DNA from: Phoronis australis
Lineage: Eukaryota > Animalia > Phoronida
Direction: 5' to 3'
DNA length: 64,000 bases
NCBI GenBank assembly: GCA_002633005.1
Contig: NMRA01000486.1
Span: 24,842-88,841, forward strand
In this document: positions 61,501 to 64,000 of the stretch, piece after piece
Layout: every line of letters starts with the position of its first letter
Position numbering within the stretch: position 1 is the first letter of the stretch
Notes under the pieces: generated by a model
Told to the model about the DNA's origin: nothing
Databases searched by the model: none
The model's input: the letters and a program-made list of their open reading frames with translations, nothing else
Translations under genes and position numbers: made by a program

Positions 61501-63469
61501 ACTTAAACAAAGACATACAAAAACGATGTCTTTGTTTAAGTTTGCGCTGATTTAAAGTTCGTTCTCATATTTTGACAAAAAGCATGATATTATGTGATCA
61601 AACATACTTCTTTGCTAATTTTTAGTAAAACGACATAGTCTTGTAACTTGGCTAATTTAAGATTTGGCAAAGACAAATATCAAATTCTGCAGGCTTTGTA
61701 CTGATATAAAATATTTACTTTTACATGGTAAAAATCAATGGTTTTGTAGATATTTGTCTATTTGCTACAATACCTTATCTGTGGTTCAGAGTTAGGTCGA
61801 GTTTTCAAATGTTAAGATTGCCAGATTGTAGACAAGTTGGAGATGAATGTGTTTTAGCATTCAATTCCTGTTTTAAAAGTGACACAGGTGGTGCAGAAAT
61901 TAACTAAATGCTAGTGAAAATTAACATTTCCGGACAGCGCATTACGGTCTATTTAGCATTTTGCCACTGAAAAACTGCTAGCGTTTTCCACAATGGTCTC
62001 AGGTGCAGACATTTTTCAAGTGTGCCGGTTCTTGACTTCAAGTTTCTCGTTAATTTCATTTCGCTGGTACCAAGTATCCTAGTTTGTAGTGGCCTAGGTT
62101 TTCATAAGCCTTGCACGGGGTTTCCCGTTTTGACAACCTCCATTCCTATGTGGTGGCTTGGTAATTTTGGTAGGTCGCATTTGGTGGGTTGACATTACGC
62201 TTAGTGCCTAACTCTGTAGTTTTAATGATAGAAGAAGTATTTTGTTTTCAAGTGCTGGCCCAACAGCAGAGGCACTGTTATTGTAGAATGAAATTTAAGA
62301 CCCGAGCATTGATTTATGTGCACATGCTTATCTCCAGACCTAAAGTTACTTGCACTGTGGGCGATAGCATCAAAACGCATGTAAACATCATCTAATTGAT
62401 AAATATTGTCTTAAAGCAGATTTCTTGATAGTTTACAGACTTATGTTAATTTCATGGTATGCCACAGGAAAATTAATGGCCTCGGAACTACCAGATGTCA
62501 CGGATAAAGATTTTAATGTCCCACACGTTTTGTTATAAAATTTAACCTAGCATTTTGATCTCTTTTTTAGACCCTCATGAATTGTTATATGATCTTAGTT
62601 CCATTTAACCACTTTTGTTGATGTTGAATTGGACTGCCTACCTTTAATTGGCCTTATAACACTTAAATCATTGATTGTGCCAGTCTTTGACAGAAGCACT
62701 TTGTTAAGTTAAGCATACGCCTTAACATTCCTTCATTTCAATAATTATTAAAATAAATATTTAGCACTGGAGACTGTCTGCTGTAGCCCTACACGATGAA
62801 TCTCATTTGTTAAAATAATTAGCAAGTTCTTGCTAAATGTGTTTCCGCAAAGTGAGTTTTAATGCTGTGAACATTCGGGTTGGTGCTACTGTTGAAAAAT
62901 TTCAGATTCAGCGTCCTGAATGCTTTTGAGAATTTTCTGTTAAGCGCCCACTAATGCCCTCTTGTAATTTAATTTGCAGAATTGAACGATAAAGCAGAAA
63001 TCAGATTGATTTCGAGTGGCGGTGTAGTTTGCATTCATAATGCTGGAGACATCGTATTCTGTTTTTGTATTGCATTAAAAATGTGCGAGTAGTTGAAATT
63101 GATTATTACCATTGACACCCAGACTGCCAGTCACTAACTCATATTCTGTGCAACAACAAACTTATGTTTCGAATGAAGTTTTTTCTGAAAGTTTTAAGAG
63201 CCAAAATTGTGTCCTTGTCAACCTCCGGCTGCGAAGCGACACTAACGAATTACATGGTGGAGTCACGTGTCATTTTGTGGCTGAACTATTTTTTCCATGT
63301 TTGACATGTATTCAGTGCCAAGGGAGCAAACTCGCATCACTCGATAATGGAAATACAGATGAAGTCGTAGTACTTGGTGGCTTTGTATTTCATGCAAAAC
63401 TAATTATTGAATACAGAATGACAAGTTGCAAGGACATTTACAAAAATGTGTCAAACTAATCTTATTGTA

Positions 63470-63940
63470 CTCAAACCGCAAAATTCGTTGATAAGGAGTT
63501 TCATATTGATCAAAATAAATGGGTAGATTTCTGTTCCTTAGCTTTCAAATGTACTGTAGATAGTTGTTACATCAATTGCTGTTTTACATAGTATTTCAGG
63601 CAACAAACCCATTTCTTCACAGAGTAAAGATTATTGATACTGATACATGTGTTTTAGGTCAACAAGAAACATTGGAACACATATTCATTATTGCTATGTT
63701 ACGAAAGAATTTTTTGATGAAGTTTGTGACTGGGATTAGCCTACATGCAGCAATACGCAAAGAGGTTGAATGTGTTATTTGCAATACATGCTCGTAATTC
63801 AAGTAAAGTTTTGAATTACTGTCTCTTACAAAGTAAATGTTTCATTTATAGTTGTAGAACAAAAATTCAGATGCCTACGGTCAATCTTGTTCTTAAAATA
63901 TTGGAGTATGAACTTAATGTCTAAAAGTTCTCCTTGCTAA
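63470..63940 (+). mobile_element. L1/Tx1-type LINE 3' relic (zinc-finger region after RT)
   Basis: ATNPFLHRVKIIDTDTC...ETLEHIFI, then K.FIYSCR; typical of the ORF2 C-terminus. Confidence 0.6.
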
Positions 63941-64000
63941 GTAATTCCATATATGTTAGTGTGACACCAAATATAGATTTTCGCTCAGCTTCCAGTTTAA

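Overview
Animal genomic DNA, AT-rich with spliceosomal GT-AG introns; probably a marine invertebrate or lophotrochozoan (inference). The + strand carries the 5' half of MON2, an Arf-GEF-like Golgi/endosome trafficking scaffold. I reconstructed 19 coding exons (6035-31679) that join in frame into 810 codons. After exon 19 I could not find the next expected MON2 exon, so the remaining >32 kb looks like one giant intron. It holds an intact antisense class A peptide GPCR of the myosuppressin/myomodulin/DMSR-type group (53466-54635, -) with an uninterrupted CDS. The introns are packed with mobile DNA: tRNA-derived SINEs with TSDs, CR1/L2-type and L1/Tx1-type LINE relics, Academ-like, hAT-like, Kolobok-like, P-like and mariner-like TIR elements, and a dead spliced THAP-domain gene. 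The most unusual pattern is that at least 7 of the 19 MON2 exons are followed directly by a tandem repeat whose unit is a copy of that exon's own 3' end and 5' splice site. These arrays extend only into the intron and create series of decoy donors. A 28-bp minisatellite similarly copies a transposon end junction. There is one assembly gap (23070-23900). All calls are by eye, without database searches.
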